Shown here: in pieces, positions 54,065-64,000 of the stretch
Layout: each line of letters starts with the position of its first letter
Numbering within the stretch: position 1 is the first letter of the stretch
From: Elusimicrobiota bacterium
GTDB taxonomy: Bacteria > Elusimicrobiota > Elusimicrobia > F11
Length of the DNA: 64,000 nt
Direction of reading: 5' to 3'
Assembly: GCA_044221725.1 (NCBI GenBank)
Contig: JBGAON010000002.1
Span: 1-64,000, forward strand
Made by a program: the position numbers and the translations under genes
Notes under the pieces: model-generated
What the model saw: the letters and a program-made list of their open reading frames with translations, nothing else
What the model was told of the DNA's origin: nothing
Database searches by the model: none

Positions 54065-56479
54065 ATGACACTCTTCGAACCTCTTTTCAGTGAGCAGTAC
54101 GCGCTGTACGAAAAAGTAGCTCTTGTCGCTAACGTTGTGGTCGCTCTCGCTGGTTTGGTGTATGCCCTGCTTCTTATGGGACAAGTAAAGAAAGCCGATC
54201 AAGGCACGCCGCGCATGCAAGAGATTGCTCAGGCCGTGCGCGAAGGGGCCAACGCTTACTTGTATCGTCAGTTCCGCGTCGTCGGCATTTTGATTGTTTT
54301 TATTACTGTTTTTCTTTACATGGCCGCGCGCATTTCGCACGTCGATTTGTCCATCGCTTGGGGACGCGCGCTCTCGTTCTTGGTCGGTTCGATTTTCTCA
54401 GCGCTTGTGGGTTTTGTTGGAATGCGGCTCGCCACAATCGGCAACTTGCGCGTAGCGGCGGCGGCGCCGAAAGGTTTCGGTGGGGCGCTTCAGCTGGGGT
54501 ACCGCACGGGCACGATTACCGGCATGCTCACCGATGGACTGGGCCTTCTCGGTGGATCGATCATCTTCCTTATATATGGTGAACATGCGTATGAGGCTTT
54601 GATTGGATTCGGATTTGGCGGCACGTTGCTCGCGCTTTTCATGCGCGTCGGTGGCGGAATTTACACGAAGGCGGCCGATGTGGGCGCTGATCTTGTCGGG
54701 AAATTGGAAAAGGGAATTCCCGAAGACGATCCACGAAACGCGGCGACCATTGCCGATAACGTTGGCGACAACGTCGGTGATTGCGCCGGAATGGCTGCGG
54801 ATATCTTTGAAAGCTACGAAGTGACGATTGTGGCAGCGATGATTCTCGGTTTGGCCAGCTTCGGCCACAAAGGGGTTATTTTTCCGTTGCTCGTGCGAGC
54901 GATCGGTGTGATCGCGAGTATTATTTCAACCTACAGCGTGCGGGCGGGGGAGAAGGGCAGTGTTGGTGAAGCCATGAGCAGTGTGAATCGGGGCTTCGTG
55001 ATCGGGTCGGTGCTTAGTATTGTCGGGTTTGTTGTTCTCGGATTTTTCTACCTTCGTTTCGATAGCATTTACATGACGATGTATCCGCAGGCGCTGGCGG
55101 GGTTTCCGGGCGGTGTTGATAGCTTGCCGTTTTGGGCGAATCTCGGTTTTCCGGGTCTTGATATGCGTCCCGCCTGGACCTGCTTGATCGGAATTATTTT
55201 GGCGGTAGCCCTCAACAAATGCACCGAGTATTACACGGGCACCGAATACGCCCCAGTGAAGTCGCTCGTGAAATCGTGCGAAACCGGCCACGCGACAAAC
55301 ATTATTCAGGGTTTGGCTGTCGGCTACGAGAGTTCGGTTGCCGCCGTGATTGTCATTTCGGGCGCGATCTTGACGAGTGTTCTTGTGTACGGTGGAACGA
55401 ATCCAACCTTTATCGCGTACGGCGTTGCGATGTGCGGCATCGGAATGCTGACGTTGACCGGTAACACAATTTCCATGGATGTTTTTGGTCCGGTCGCGGA
55501 CAACGCGAACGGCATCGGCGAAATGGGTTACGATAAAAAAGAAATGGGCGAAGCGAAGTACAAAGAAGCGCGGCAAATTCTGGCGGACTTGGACGCGGTT
55601 GGTAATACCACAAAGGCAATTACAAAAGGTATCGCGATTGGTTCCGCGGTGATCGCGGCCGTGTCGTTGTTTAACAGTTTTATTGTTTCGGTGGGATCCG
55701 GTGGGCAGGGCGAAACGGCAAAAATTTCCGGCGATGTGTTCAATGGAGTGGCGTCTCATCTCACGTTGTCCGATCCAACGTTGTTTATCGGTCTTCTGAT
55801 TGGTGGTTCCATTCCATTTCTGTTTAGCTCGATGACAATTCGCGCGGTGGGCCGCGCCGCCTTCCTCATTGTGCACGAATGCCGCATTCAATTTCGTGAC
55901 AAAGAGATCTGGGCCGGCACAAAGAAGCCGGATTACGGTCGCGTGGTGGACATTTGTACAACCGAAGCGCAGAAAGAATTGGTGGGTCCCGGCTTGTTGG
56001 CACTTTTGGTTCCGGCGATGATTGGCTTTACGCTTGGCACGATCGCCTTGGCGGGTTTCCTCGCGGGAATGATTGTGTCGGGACAATTGATCGCTGTGTT
56101 CATGGCCAATTCGGGTGGTGCCTGGGACAACGCAAAGAAGATGGTGGAAGACGAACCCGCAAACGCGGAAGCAAATACCGGCAAAGGCAGCGAGAAACAC
56201 AAAGCGGCGATTACCGGTGATACCGTGGGGGATCCCTTAAAAGACACGGCCGGGCCTGCTGTAAACCCGCTCATCAAAGTGATGAACATGGTGAGTTTGC
56301 TCATCATCGGCCTCATCTTGCCTTACGACCACAAGTTCGTGGAACAACTGAAAGCCTACAACGTCGATGTGCCGACGAAAGAGCACGGTGTGTTCTTCTT
56401 CTTTATTATTTTTGTGTGCGCGGCCGGCTTAGCCTGGGCCGTTTGGCAATCCAAGCGCGAACAAAAACACAATCACTAA
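54065..56479 (+). CDS. hppA: Membrane-bound pyrophosphatase, K+-independent H+-PPase type
   Basis: GGGIYTKAADVGADLVGK.E, EDDPRN, DNVGDNVGD, GNTTKA (Lys at the K+-determining site), GDTVGDPLKDTAGP. Confidence 0.93.
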   Translation: MTLFEPLFSEQYALYEKVALVANVVVALAGLVYALLLMGQVKKADQGTPRMQEIAQAVREGANAYLYRQFRVVGILIVFITVFLYMAARISHVDLSIAWGRALSFLVGSIFSALVGFVGMRLATIGNLRVAAAAPKGFGGALQLGYRTGTITGMLTDGLGLLGGSIIFLIYGEHAYEALIGFGFGGTLLALFMRVGGGIYTKAADVGADLVGKLEKGIPEDDPRNAATIADNVGDNVGDCAGMAADIFESYEVTIVAAMILGLASFGHKGVIFPLLVRAIGVIASIISTYSVRAGEKGSVGEAMSSVNRGFVIGSVLSIVGFVVLGFFYLRFDSIYMTMYPQALAGFPGGVDSLPFWANLGFPGLDMRPAWTCLIGIILAVALNKCTEYYTGTEYAPVKSLVKSCETGHATNIIQGLAVGYESSVAAVIVISGAILTSVLVYGGTNPTFIAYGVAMCGIGMLTLTGNTISMDVFGPVADNANGIGEMGYDKKEMGEAKYKEARQILADLDAVGNTTKAITKGIAIGSAVIAAVSLFNSFIVSVGSGGQGETAKISGDVFNGVASHLTLSDPTLFIGLLIGGSIPFLFSSMTIRAVGRAAFLIVHECRIQFRDKEIWAGTKKPDYGRVVDICTTEAQKELVGPGLLALLVPAMIGFTLGTIALAGFLAGMIVSGQLIAVFMANSGGAWDNAKKMVEDEPANAEANTGKGSEKHKAAITGDTVGDPLKDTAGPAVNPLIKVMNMVSLLIIGLILPYDHKFVEQLKAYNVDVPTKEHGVFFFFIIFVCAAGLAWAVWQSKREQKHNH

Positions 56480-56485
56480 TTGCCG

Positions 56486-58279
56486 TCATCCTGGTACGTT
56501 GTTGGATTTCATGCCGACGATGCACCTTTTTGACAGTGCCAGGATAATTGTGATCGCACAGATCATCAGTATCACTGTGAAAAATGCGTTTAAGTATCCG
56601 ACAAAGGCTTTGCCGGGTTGTTGGGCGAGCGGTAAGAAGTTTGTGAAAATATTTTGCCAGGCTGCCGATAGCGTTGTGATCGCGACAAAAATCATCGGTA
56701 CGAACGTCACCCACGCGTATTGCCGCTTGCCGAGATTTATGATCACCATTGTTCCAACGCATAGCGCAATGACCGCCAACAGTTGATTGGCAACGCCAAA
56801 CATGGGCCAAATGGTGGAAATACTTCCCGTTAGAATAAAATACGACCACGCTCCCACCACTGCTGCACTCGAGATGATCGCGCCCGGCAGCCAGTCGGTC
56901 CGCTCAAACGGTTTGTAAATCTTCCCGAGAAACTCCTGCGCAATGAACCGGGCGACGCGCGTGCCGGTGTCGATCGTTGTGAGAATAAACAGCGCTTCGA
57001 ACATGATCGCGAAGTGATACCAATAGGACATTAAATTCTTCATGCCCGGAAGCGCCGAGAATACTTGCGCCATTCCAACCGCAAGAGAAACGGCGCCTCC
57101 TGTTCGGCCGGCGACTTGTTCGCCCACTTCGGCGGCCAGCATCGAAAGATTTACGGGTTCCATTCCGAGCGCTGCAAATTTTGCCGCGGGCACATTGATG
57201 GCAAAATAATCCGATGGATGAAGCGCCGACGCCGCGATGAGTGCCGTGATGCCGACCAATCCTTCCATGAGCATCGCGCCGTAGGCAATCGGGCGAATGT
57301 CCATTTCATTGTTGATCATCTTTGGCGTTGTGCCCGATGACACGAGAGCATGGAAACCGGAAATGGCGCCGCACGCGATCGTGATGAACACGAACGGGAA
57401 AAGTTTTCCGGGAATAATCGGACCGCCGCCCGCCACAAACGAACTAAACATGGGTTGGTGCAGCGGCGGGTTTACCCAGAGGAGACCCAAAATCAAAAAT
57501 GCGATCGTTCCGATTTTCATGTACGAGCTTAAGTAATCGCGCGGACACAACAGCATCCAAACCGGAAGAATGGACGCAACAAAACCGTAGGCGGCGATGG
57601 CGAGTGTGACGCCGGTGGGCGTCAGCTTCAGATAAGGTTCCAAAAACGATCCTTGCACGTGTTTGCCGAACACAACCGCAAGAAGCATGCCGATCACGCC
57701 AATGATCGTTGCCTCCGCAATTTTTCCAACTCGAAACCGGTACATATAGAGCCCCATGAAAAACGCGAGCGGAATTGAACAGGCGATCGTGAAAACGCCC
57801 CACGAGCTTTCGTTTAGAGCGTTCACCACCGCCACGCCGAGACCCGCGAGCGCCACAACGATAATGAACAGGACGGCGATGGCGGTCGTAATTCCGGCCA
57901 CCGGTCCCAATTCTTGGCGAGCGATTTCGGCGAGCGATTTGCCGTTGCGCCTTGTGGAAGCGGTTAAAATAATGAAATCCTGTACGGCGCCGGCGAGCAC
58001 GACGCCAATCAAAATCCATAGAAATCCGGGAAGAAAACCAAATTGGGCCGCGAGGACCGGTCCGATCAATGGGCCCGCACCGGTAATTGCTGCGAAATGA
58101 TGACCAAAAAGAACCCATTTGTTGGTTGGATGATAATTTTCGCCGTCGTTCAGTGCGTGAGCCGGTGTGACGCGCGTGGGGTCCAGTGCAACGACCTTCG
58201 AAGCGAGGAACGCGCTGTAATAGCGGTACGCAATCGCTAACACGCACAACGTTCCAATCATTAAAGGGAGGGCATTCAT
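56486..58279 (-). CDS. cstA: Carbon starvation protein A family transporter
   Basis: [48 protein letters not shown]. Confidence 0.95.
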   Translation of the reverse strand: MNALPLMIGTLCVLAIAYRYYSAFLASKVVALDPTRVTPAHALNDGENYHPTNKWVLFGHHFAAITGAGPLIGPVLAAQFGFLPGFLWILIGVVLAGAVQDFIILTASTRRNGKSLAEIARQELGPVAGITTAIAVLFIIVVALAGLGVAVVNALNESSWGVFTIACSIPLAFFMGLYMYRFRVGKIAEATIIGVIGMLLAVVFGKHVQGSFLEPYLKLTPTGVTLAIAAYGFVASILPVWMLLCPRDYLSSYMKIGTIAFLILGLLWVNPPLHQPMFSSFVAGGGPIIPGKLFPFVFITIACGAISGFHALVSSGTTPKMINNEMDIRPIAYGAMLMEGLVGITALIAASALHPSDYFAINVPAAKFAALGMEPVNLSMLAAEVGEQVAGRTGGAVSLAVGMAQVFSALPGMKNLMSYWYHFAIMFEALFILTTIDTGTRVARFIAQEFLGKIYKPFERTDWLPGAIISSAAVVGAWSYFILTGSISTIWPMFGVANQLLAVIALCVGTMVIINLGKRQYAWVTFVPMIFVAITTLSAAWQNIFTNFLPLAQQPGKAFVGYLNAFFTVILMICAITIILALSKRCIVGMKSNNVPG

Positions 58280-58391
58280 TGGCCGCGGATTCTAGCAGGG
58301 AATTCAAAATCTGTCTCATCCCTCGGAACTTCAAAAGCTATTCGGTCGTTTTGAGCTATAATTCCAGCATTCATAATAAGGAGATACGCTC

Positions 58392-59054
58392 ATGGAAACG
58401 ACTGTCGCAAACAAGGCCATACAACTCGGTGATGTTGCCCCCGACTTCGAGCAGGATTCAACGGAAGGGAAAATTAAATTTCACGAGTGGGCCGGCAACA
58501 ATTGGGTGATTCTGTTCTCTCATCCAAAGGACTACACTCCGGTATGCACCACCGAGCTTGGTGCGGTGGCGAAACTAAAATCCGAATTTGACAAGCGCGG
58601 CGTCAAAGCCATTGGCCTTAGCGTTGATCCATTGGTCGATCACAAGGGGTGGACCAAAGACATTGAAGAAACGCAGAATTGCAAAATGAATTTTCCGCTG
58701 CTTGCCGATGGCGATCGGAAAGTGTCGAGCTTGTACGGAATGATTCATCCGAACGCGAACGAGACGTTCACCGTACGATCGGTATACATCATCGATCCAA
58801 ACAAGAAGGTTCGCCTCATGATTACTTATCCGGCCAGCACCGGAAGAAACTTTAATGAGATTCTCAGAGTGATTGATTCGCTTCAACTGACCGACAAACA
58901 CAAGGTGGCAACGCCCGCCAACTGGAAGGAAGGCGAAGATGTCATTATTTCGCCGGCCGTCAAAGAGGAAGCCGAAATCAATAAGCTTTTCCCAAACGGA
59001 TACAAAGCCGTTAAGCCGTATCTGCGCTTCACTCCGCAACCGAACAAGAATTGA
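58392..59054 (+). CDS. 1-Cys peroxiredoxin (Prx6 family)
   Basis: FSHPKDYTPVCTTELG, YPASTGRNF, ATPANW. Confidence 0.96.
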   Translation: METTVANKAIQLGDVAPDFEQDSTEGKIKFHEWAGNNWVILFSHPKDYTPVCTTELGAVAKLKSEFDKRGVKAIGLSVDPLVDHKGWTKDIEETQNCKMNFPLLADGDRKVSSLYGMIHPNANETFTVRSVYIIDPNKKVRLMITYPASTGRNFNEILRVIDSLQLTDKHKVATPANWKEGEDVIISPAVKEEAEINKLFPNGYKAVKPYLRFTPQPNKN

Positions 59055-60532
59055 CGCGCTCAAGCGGCGTTCTTCTCCATCTGTCCTCTTTGCCGGGTTC
59101 GCACGGGGTTGGCGATCTCGGCAGAGAGGCTTTTCGTTTTATTCGTTTCCTCGAAGAAGCTGGACAGACCTGGTGGCAAATGTTTCCGCTGGGCCCGCCC
59201 GGAATGAGCAATTCTCCGTACCAAGTCCTATCGGCGTTTGCCGGCAATCCACTGTTCATTGATCTCGAAAGTTTGGCCCGCGATGGATTGCTTCCCGCCT
59301 CGGACATGCCCAGAAAAGGCCATTTTGCAAACGACCGCACCGATTACGACCAAGCGTGGCGTTACAAAAAGAAAATTCTTCGAAAGGCATTTTGGGTTTT
59401 CGAAAACCAACGCGGGTCGTTTTACTCCGCGTTTCGAAGTTTTTGCTACGAACAGCGCGATTGGCTCGATGATTATGCTCTCTATTGCGCCATTAAACAA
59501 AAGCACCGCGGCGCCGCATGGTACAAGTGGGACGCTCCGCTCCGAAATCGACAACCGAAAGCGTTGCGCGAAGCAGCGGCACAGTTGGCGATTGCCGTGC
59601 GGTATCATCAGTTTTTGCAGTTTTTGTTTTCACGACAGTGGCACCGACTGCGCAAAGAATGTCACCGCCGCGGCGTAAAGCTTTTGGGGGATATTCCGAT
59701 TTTTGTGGCGCATGACAGCGCCGACGTCTGGGCGAATCCGGAGCTTTTCTGGCTCGATAAGAAAGGAAATCTCACCTGCGTTTCTGGTGTGCCTCCGGAT
59801 TATTTCAGTCGCACCGGCCAGCGGTGGGGGAACCCGCTTTACCGATGGGATGCACTGAAAAAATCTGGATACGATTGGTGGATCCGCCGTTTTCGGCAAG
59901 TCTTTAACTTCTTTGATGCGACACGGCTCGATCATTTCATCGGCTTTCATAACTACTGGTGCATTCCGGCATCGGCGCGCACCGCGCAAAACGGAGAATG
60001 GGTTCGCGCTCCAGGCGAGGATTTTTTCGCCAAAGTAGAGCGCGCGCTGGGACGGGTGGCCATTTTCGCCGAAGACTTGGGTGTCGTTACGCCCGGCGTG
60101 AGCGCGTTGCGCGAAAAATTCCGTTTTCCAGGAATGAAAGTGTTGCACTTTGCGTTTTCGTCCGATGCGTCGAATCCTTTCTTGCCCCACAATTTCGGCC
60201 GCAATTCGGTTGTCTACACTGGCACGCACGACAACGACACAACACGCGGCTGGTTTAAATTGTTAACGGCACCCGAACGGCAGCGCGTGCTCGATTACGT
60301 CGAATCAAACGGACGGGAGATTCACTGGGATTTGATTCGGCTTGCGTTTGGCTCGGTCGCCGAGACCGCGATTATTCCGCTTCAGGATTTGTTCGGGCTC
60401 GGATCCGCGGCGCGGATGAACACCCCTGGTACGACCACCGGCAATTGGGAGTGGCGGCTCGATCACAGAAAATTAAACGACCGGTTGGCCACGCGGCTGC
60501 GAAAGCTAACGGAGACGTATGGACGTTCGTAA
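59051..60532 (+). CDS. malQ: 4-alpha-glucanotransferase (GH77)
   Basis: GVLLHLSSLP, GDIPIFV..DSADVW, GVPPDYFS.TGQ.WGNP, RLDHF, AEDLG, YTGTHDNDT. Confidence 0.96.
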   Translation: MTRSSGVLLHLSSLPGSHGVGDLGREAFRFIRFLEEAGQTWWQMFPLGPPGMSNSPYQVLSAFAGNPLFIDLESLARDGLLPASDMPRKGHFANDRTDYDQAWRYKKKILRKAFWVFENQRGSFYSAFRSFCYEQRDWLDDYALYCAIKQKHRGAAWYKWDAPLRNRQPKALREAAAQLAIAVRYHQFLQFLFSRQWHRLRKECHRRGVKLLGDIPIFVAHDSADVWANPELFWLDKKGNLTCVSGVPPDYFSRTGQRWGNPLYRWDALKKSGYDWWIRRFRQVFNFFDATRLDHFIGFHNYWCIPASARTAQNGEWVRAPGEDFFAKVERALGRVAIFAEDLGVVTPGVSALREKFRFPGMKVLHFAFSSDASNPFLPHNFGRNSVVYTGTHDNDTTRGWFKLLTAPERQRVLDYVESNGREIHWDLIRLAFGSVAETAIIPLQDLFGLGSAARMNTPGTTTGNWEWRLDHRKLNDRLATRLRKLTETYGRS

Positions 60533-62234
60533 CCGTCATATCACGATTGAAAACGTTCAGCCGTCCGTGGATGGCGGAAAGTATCCCGTGAAAAAAATAG
60601 TCGGAGAAGTTTGCGTCGTATCGGCCGATGTTTTCCGCGACGGACACGATCCGTTGGTCGTGCAGCTTTGCTGGCGCCACGAACAGGACCCCACGTGGAG
60701 CGAGACGTTCATGTCGGACGACGGAAATGACGGTTGGACCGCAAACTTCCGCGTCGAAAAAGTCGGTCGTTACCAATTTAGCGTTCGAGCCTGGAGCGAC
60801 GCGGGTGGCAAGCGCGTGGACGAAGAAAAACTTGCCGCTCCTTATGAAATTGTGGTGGACGAGCCGGTCGCACGCTTTGGCGCTTGGTACGAAATGTTTG
60901 TCCGGTCGCAGGGAACCGAACCCGGAAAAAGCGGAACTTTTCGCGACGCCGAAAAACGTCTTTCGGATATCAAAGCGATGGGATTTGACGTGGTGTATCT
61001 TCCGCCAATTCATCCGATTGGTCGCACGGCACGCAAAGGCCCGAACGATAGTTTGAACGTTGGATCGAACGATCCCGGCTCCCCTTGGGCGATCGGCAAC
61101 GAAAACGGCGGACACACGGCGATTGAGCCCGCGATTGGCACTCTGCAGGATTTTGATCGCTTTGTTGCGGCGGCGCAATCAATGAGCATTTCGGTCGCGA
61201 TTGACTTTGCTCCTCACTGCTCGCCGGATCATCCGTGGGTGACCGAGCATCCGGAATGGTTTTATCACCGGCCGGACGGAAGTATTCAGTGCGCCGAAAA
61301 TCCTCCGTACCGCTACGACGATATCTACCCGCTGAACTTTGACTGCGATGAGCACGAGAAACTTTATGATGCACTGCTCCATGTTTTTCTTTTTTGGATT
61401 GGCCACGGCGTACGAATATTTCGTGTTGATAATCCGCATACAAAGCCAGTCGTTTTTTGGGAATGGGTGATTCGCGAAGTGAAGCGCCGCACCCCCGAGA
61501 CAATTTTTCTTGCCGAGGCGTTCACGCGTCCAAAGATGATGAAAATGTTATCGAAGGCCGGTTTTTCGCAGTCCTACACCTACTTCATTTGGCGTAACAG
61601 CAAGCGCGAACTGGCGGAATACATTGAAGAATTGGCGGACCCGAAAATGTCCTGCTATTTTCGGCCGAATTTTTTTGTGACCACTCCTGACGTTTTGCCG
61701 CCGTATTTGCAAAATGCCGATGCCGCCGTGTTCAAAAGTCGTTTGGCGTTGGCGGCACTCTTATCGCCGACGTACGGGATTGTTAACGGATACGAACTCG
61801 TCGAGAACGTTGGGTTACCCGGAAAACAAGAATACGCCGACTCGGAAAAATTTGAAATCAAGGTGCGGGATTGGAATAAGGCGGGCAACATCAAACAAAC
61901 GGTTTCAATGTTAAACCGCATTCGTCGAGAGAACGTTGCGCTGCAGTTGATGGAGAATGTGACGGTGCTTCCTTCCAGTGGGAACGAGGTTCTTGTGGCG
62001 CTCAAGACCGCGCCGGATCGTTCGAATACGCTGATTGTCGCCGTAAGTTTGGATCCGCACGCCGTCCGAGAAACGTCGTTCGAAATTCCTATGGATAAAA
62101 TTGGCTTCTCATGGGAAGCTCAATTTGAGGTTCACGAGCTCGTGAGTGGATCGACGGTGACATGGACGAAAAATGTCCATTTGCGGATGGATCCGAGCAC
62201 CGAACCTTTTCAAATTTTTCGCATCAAACGGTAA
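60519..62234 (+). CDS. glgE: Alpha-1,4-glucan:maltose-1-phosphate maltosyltransferase (GH13_3)
   Basis: WYEMF, PPIHPIG, CSPDHP, ENPP, FRVDNPHTKP, FLAEAFT, QSYTYF, TPD. Confidence 0.92.
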   Translation: MDVRNRHITIENVQPSVDGGKYPVKKIVGEVCVVSADVFRDGHDPLVVQLCWRHEQDPTWSETFMSDDGNDGWTANFRVEKVGRYQFSVRAWSDAGGKRVDEEKLAAPYEIVVDEPVARFGAWYEMFVRSQGTEPGKSGTFRDAEKRLSDIKAMGFDVVYLPPIHPIGRTARKGPNDSLNVGSNDPGSPWAIGNENGGHTAIEPAIGTLQDFDRFVAAAQSMSISVAIDFAPHCSPDHPWVTEHPEWFYHRPDGSIQCAENPPYRYDDIYPLNFDCDEHEKLYDALLHVFLFWIGHGVRIFRVDNPHTKPVVFWEWVIREVKRRTPETIFLAEAFTRPKMMKMLSKAGFSQSYTYFIWRNSKRELAEYIEELADPKMSCYFRPNFFVTTPDVLPPYLQNADAAVFKSRLALAALLSPTYGIVNGYELVENVGLPGKQEYADSEKFEIKVRDWNKAGNIKQTVSMLNRIRRENVALQLMENVTVLPSSGNEVLVALKTAPDRSNTLIVAVSLDPHAVRETSFEIPMDKIGFSWEAQFEVHELVSGSTVTWTKNVHLRMDPSTEPFQIFRIKR

Positions 62235-62245
62235 CCAACGTCCCA

Positions 62246-64000
62246 ATGGAAAAGTACATTTGCATCCACGGTCACTTCTACCAGCCCCCGCGCGAAAACC
62301 CGTGGCTTGAATCGATCGAACTGCAAGATTCAGCCTATCCCTATCACGATTGGAACGAGCGCATCACGGCCGAATGTTATGGCCCGAACGGAACTTCCCG
62401 TATATTGGACGACGACAAGCGCATTGTGAAGATCATGAACAACTATTCGTTGATCAATTTTAATTTCGGTCCCACGCTGCTCAGTTGGATGGAGGAAAAT
62501 GCGCCGCACGCGTACCGGGCGATTTTTGAGGCGGATCAGTTGAGCGTAAAGCGATTTTCCGGACACGGTTCGGCGATTGCGCAAGTGTACAACCACATGA
62601 TCATGCCGCTCGCCAACGCTCGGGACAAATTTACGCAGGTGTTTTGGGGGATCCGTGATTTTGAATTTCGTTTTGGTCGCAAGCCCGAGGGAATGTGGCT
62701 CGCGGAAACGGCGGTCGATTTGGAGAGTCTCGAAATTCTCGCGGACCTCGGAATTACGTACACGATTCTCGCCCCGCATCAAGCCAAGCGCGTGCGCAAA
62801 ATAGGCGACAACCAATGGGACGATGTATCGAATGCGTCGATTGATCCAAAAAATCCCTACAAACTCAATTTTTCGTCCGGCAAAAGTATCGCGCTCTTTT
62901 TTTACGATGGGCCTATCTCGCGGTCGGTCGCGTTCGAGCGGTTGTTGGAAAAAGGCGAGTACTTGGTTGATCGTCTGATGACCGGTTTTTCTGAAAACGG
63001 AAATGGACAACAACTCGTCCACATCGCGACCGACGGGGAAACCTACGGCCATCACCACCGGTTTGGTGATATGGCGCTGGCGTTTGCGTTGAATCAAATC
63101 GAATCACGCGGGGTCGCGAAACTCACAAATTACGGAGAATTTCTCGCAAAATTTCCACCGGCGTTCGAAGTCGAAATCTTTGAAAATACCTCGTGGAGCT
63201 GTGTGCACGGCGTTGAGCGGTGGCGCAGCAACTGCGGCTGCAACATGGGCGGGCGTCCCGAGTGGAATCAGGTCTGGCGCAAGCCGCTGCGCGAAGCGCT
63301 TGATTGGTTGCGTGACACCACGGTGCCGCTGTTTGAGAAAAAGGCCGGGGAGTTGATGAAAGACCCCTGGATGGCGCGCAACGACTACATCGAACTTCTT
63401 TTTGATCGTTCAAGCGAAGAAGTGGACGATTTTTTTGGGCGACATGCGACGAGAGATTTGAGCGCCGCCGAGAAAATCCAAGGGCTGAAACTGCTCGAGA
63501 TGCAACGACAGGCGATGCTCATGTACACGAGCTGCGGTTGGTTCTTCGATGAAATTTCCGGAATTGAAGCCGTCCAAGTGCTGCAATACGCGGCGCGCGC
63601 GCTGCAGTTGGCCGAAGAACTTTTTGGTGAATCGCTGGAGACAGAGTTTTTGCGCCGCTTGGAATTTGCACCGAGCAACATTCCGGATTTGAAAAACGGC
63701 CGCGTCGTGTACAACCGGTACGTAAAGCCTTCCGCGATGGACCTTGCAAAGGTGGGCGCCCATTACGCGATAAGCTCCCTCTTCTCGAATGGAATCGATG
63801 AAACGAAAACCTATTGTTACACGATTGACTACGAAGAATTTAAAAATTTCGTGGCCGGCAAGGCGCGTCTTGTGCTCGGCGTCATCAACGTTACCTCCGA
63901 AGTGACGAAGGAATCCGATCGGTTTGACTTTGCGATCCTTCATCTCGGTGATCACAATCTGAACGGCGGTGTTATCCGGCACGACGGTGCGGACGCTTTC
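62246..64000 (+). CDS. GH57 / DUF3536 glycoside hydrolase, partial (runs off the right edge)
   Basis: Translated from ATG 62246: MEKYICIHGHFYQPPRENPW..., NFGPTLL, GMWLAE, ATDGETYGHH, MYTSCGWFFDE. Confidence 0.93.
   Translation, partial: MEKYICIHGHFYQPPRENPWLESIELQDSAYPYHDWNERITAECYGPNGTSRILDDDKRIVKIMNNYSLINFNFGPTLLSWMEENAPHAYRAIFEADQLSVKRFSGHGSAIAQVYNHMIMPLANARDKFTQVFWGIRDFEFRFGRKPEGMWLAETAVDLESLEILADLGITYTILAPHQAKRVRKIGDNQWDDVSNASIDPKNPYKLNFSSGKSIALFFYDGPISRSVAFERLLEKGEYLVDRLMTGFSENGNGQQLVHIATDGETYGHHHRFGDMALAFALNQIESRGVAKLTNYGEFLAKFPPAFEVEIFENTSWSCVHGVERWRSNCGCNMGGRPEWNQVWRKPLREALDWLRDTTVPLFEKKAGELMKDPWMARNDYIELLFDRSSEEVDDFFGRHATRDLSAAEKIQGLKLLEMQRQAMLMYTSCGWFFDEISGIEAVQVLQYAARALQLAEELFGESLETEFLRRLEFAPSNIPDLKNGRVVYNRYVKPSAMDLAKVGAHYAISSLFSNGIDETKTYCYTIDYEEFKNFVAGKARLVLGVINVTSEVTKESDRFDFAILHLGDHNLNGGVIRHDGADAF

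Noticed and set aside
54926..56200. 424-aa antisense ORF, and similar long shadow ORFs such as 2893-3867, 14213-15070 and 57444-58334
   Set aside because: They overlap well-supported conserved genes on the opposite strand or in another frame and have no motifs; expected from codon bias

Overview
Bacterial chromosome segment, gene-dense with many overlapping or abutting genes; I cannot assign the taxon from sequence alone. 1-26.8 kb is core: leuCD, an Upf1/IGHMBP2-like helicase, an L-Ara4N (arn-like) cluster sitting between an ABC ATPase and its likely permeases, and addBA. From 26.9 to 44.8 kb lies a visibly more AT-rich element bounded by two full-length initiator tRNA-fMet genes (81-bp direct repeat, 1 mismatch). 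It encodes a giant zinc-ribbon nuclease-like protein, a phage-type replication module with iterons, an MT-A70 methyltransferase, an excisionase, an internally placed tyrosine integrase and terminase subunits, but no recognisable portal, capsid or tail genes. Its cargo is metal resistance: TolC plus CzcA/CusA without an adaptor, and ArsR/ArsC. After the second tRNA come an IS481 remnant and a copper module (CorE-like ECF sigma, CopA, outer-membrane protein). A 19-bp motif, CCGATCAGTAATCCGATCA, occurs five times: at both att ends, in front of a decayed tRNA half at identical 80-bp spacing, at the end of the copper module, and inverted in front of the integrase. This suggests modular accretion at the tRNA. 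Two small secreted Cys-containing ORFs ending in RPP/RSPP look like metal-responsive ribosome-arrest leader peptides. 50.4-64 kb is core again: YihY, MgtA, H+-PPase, CstA, 1-Cys Prx, malQ, glgE and a partial GH57 gene. All annotations come from motif recognition by eye; no database searches were run.
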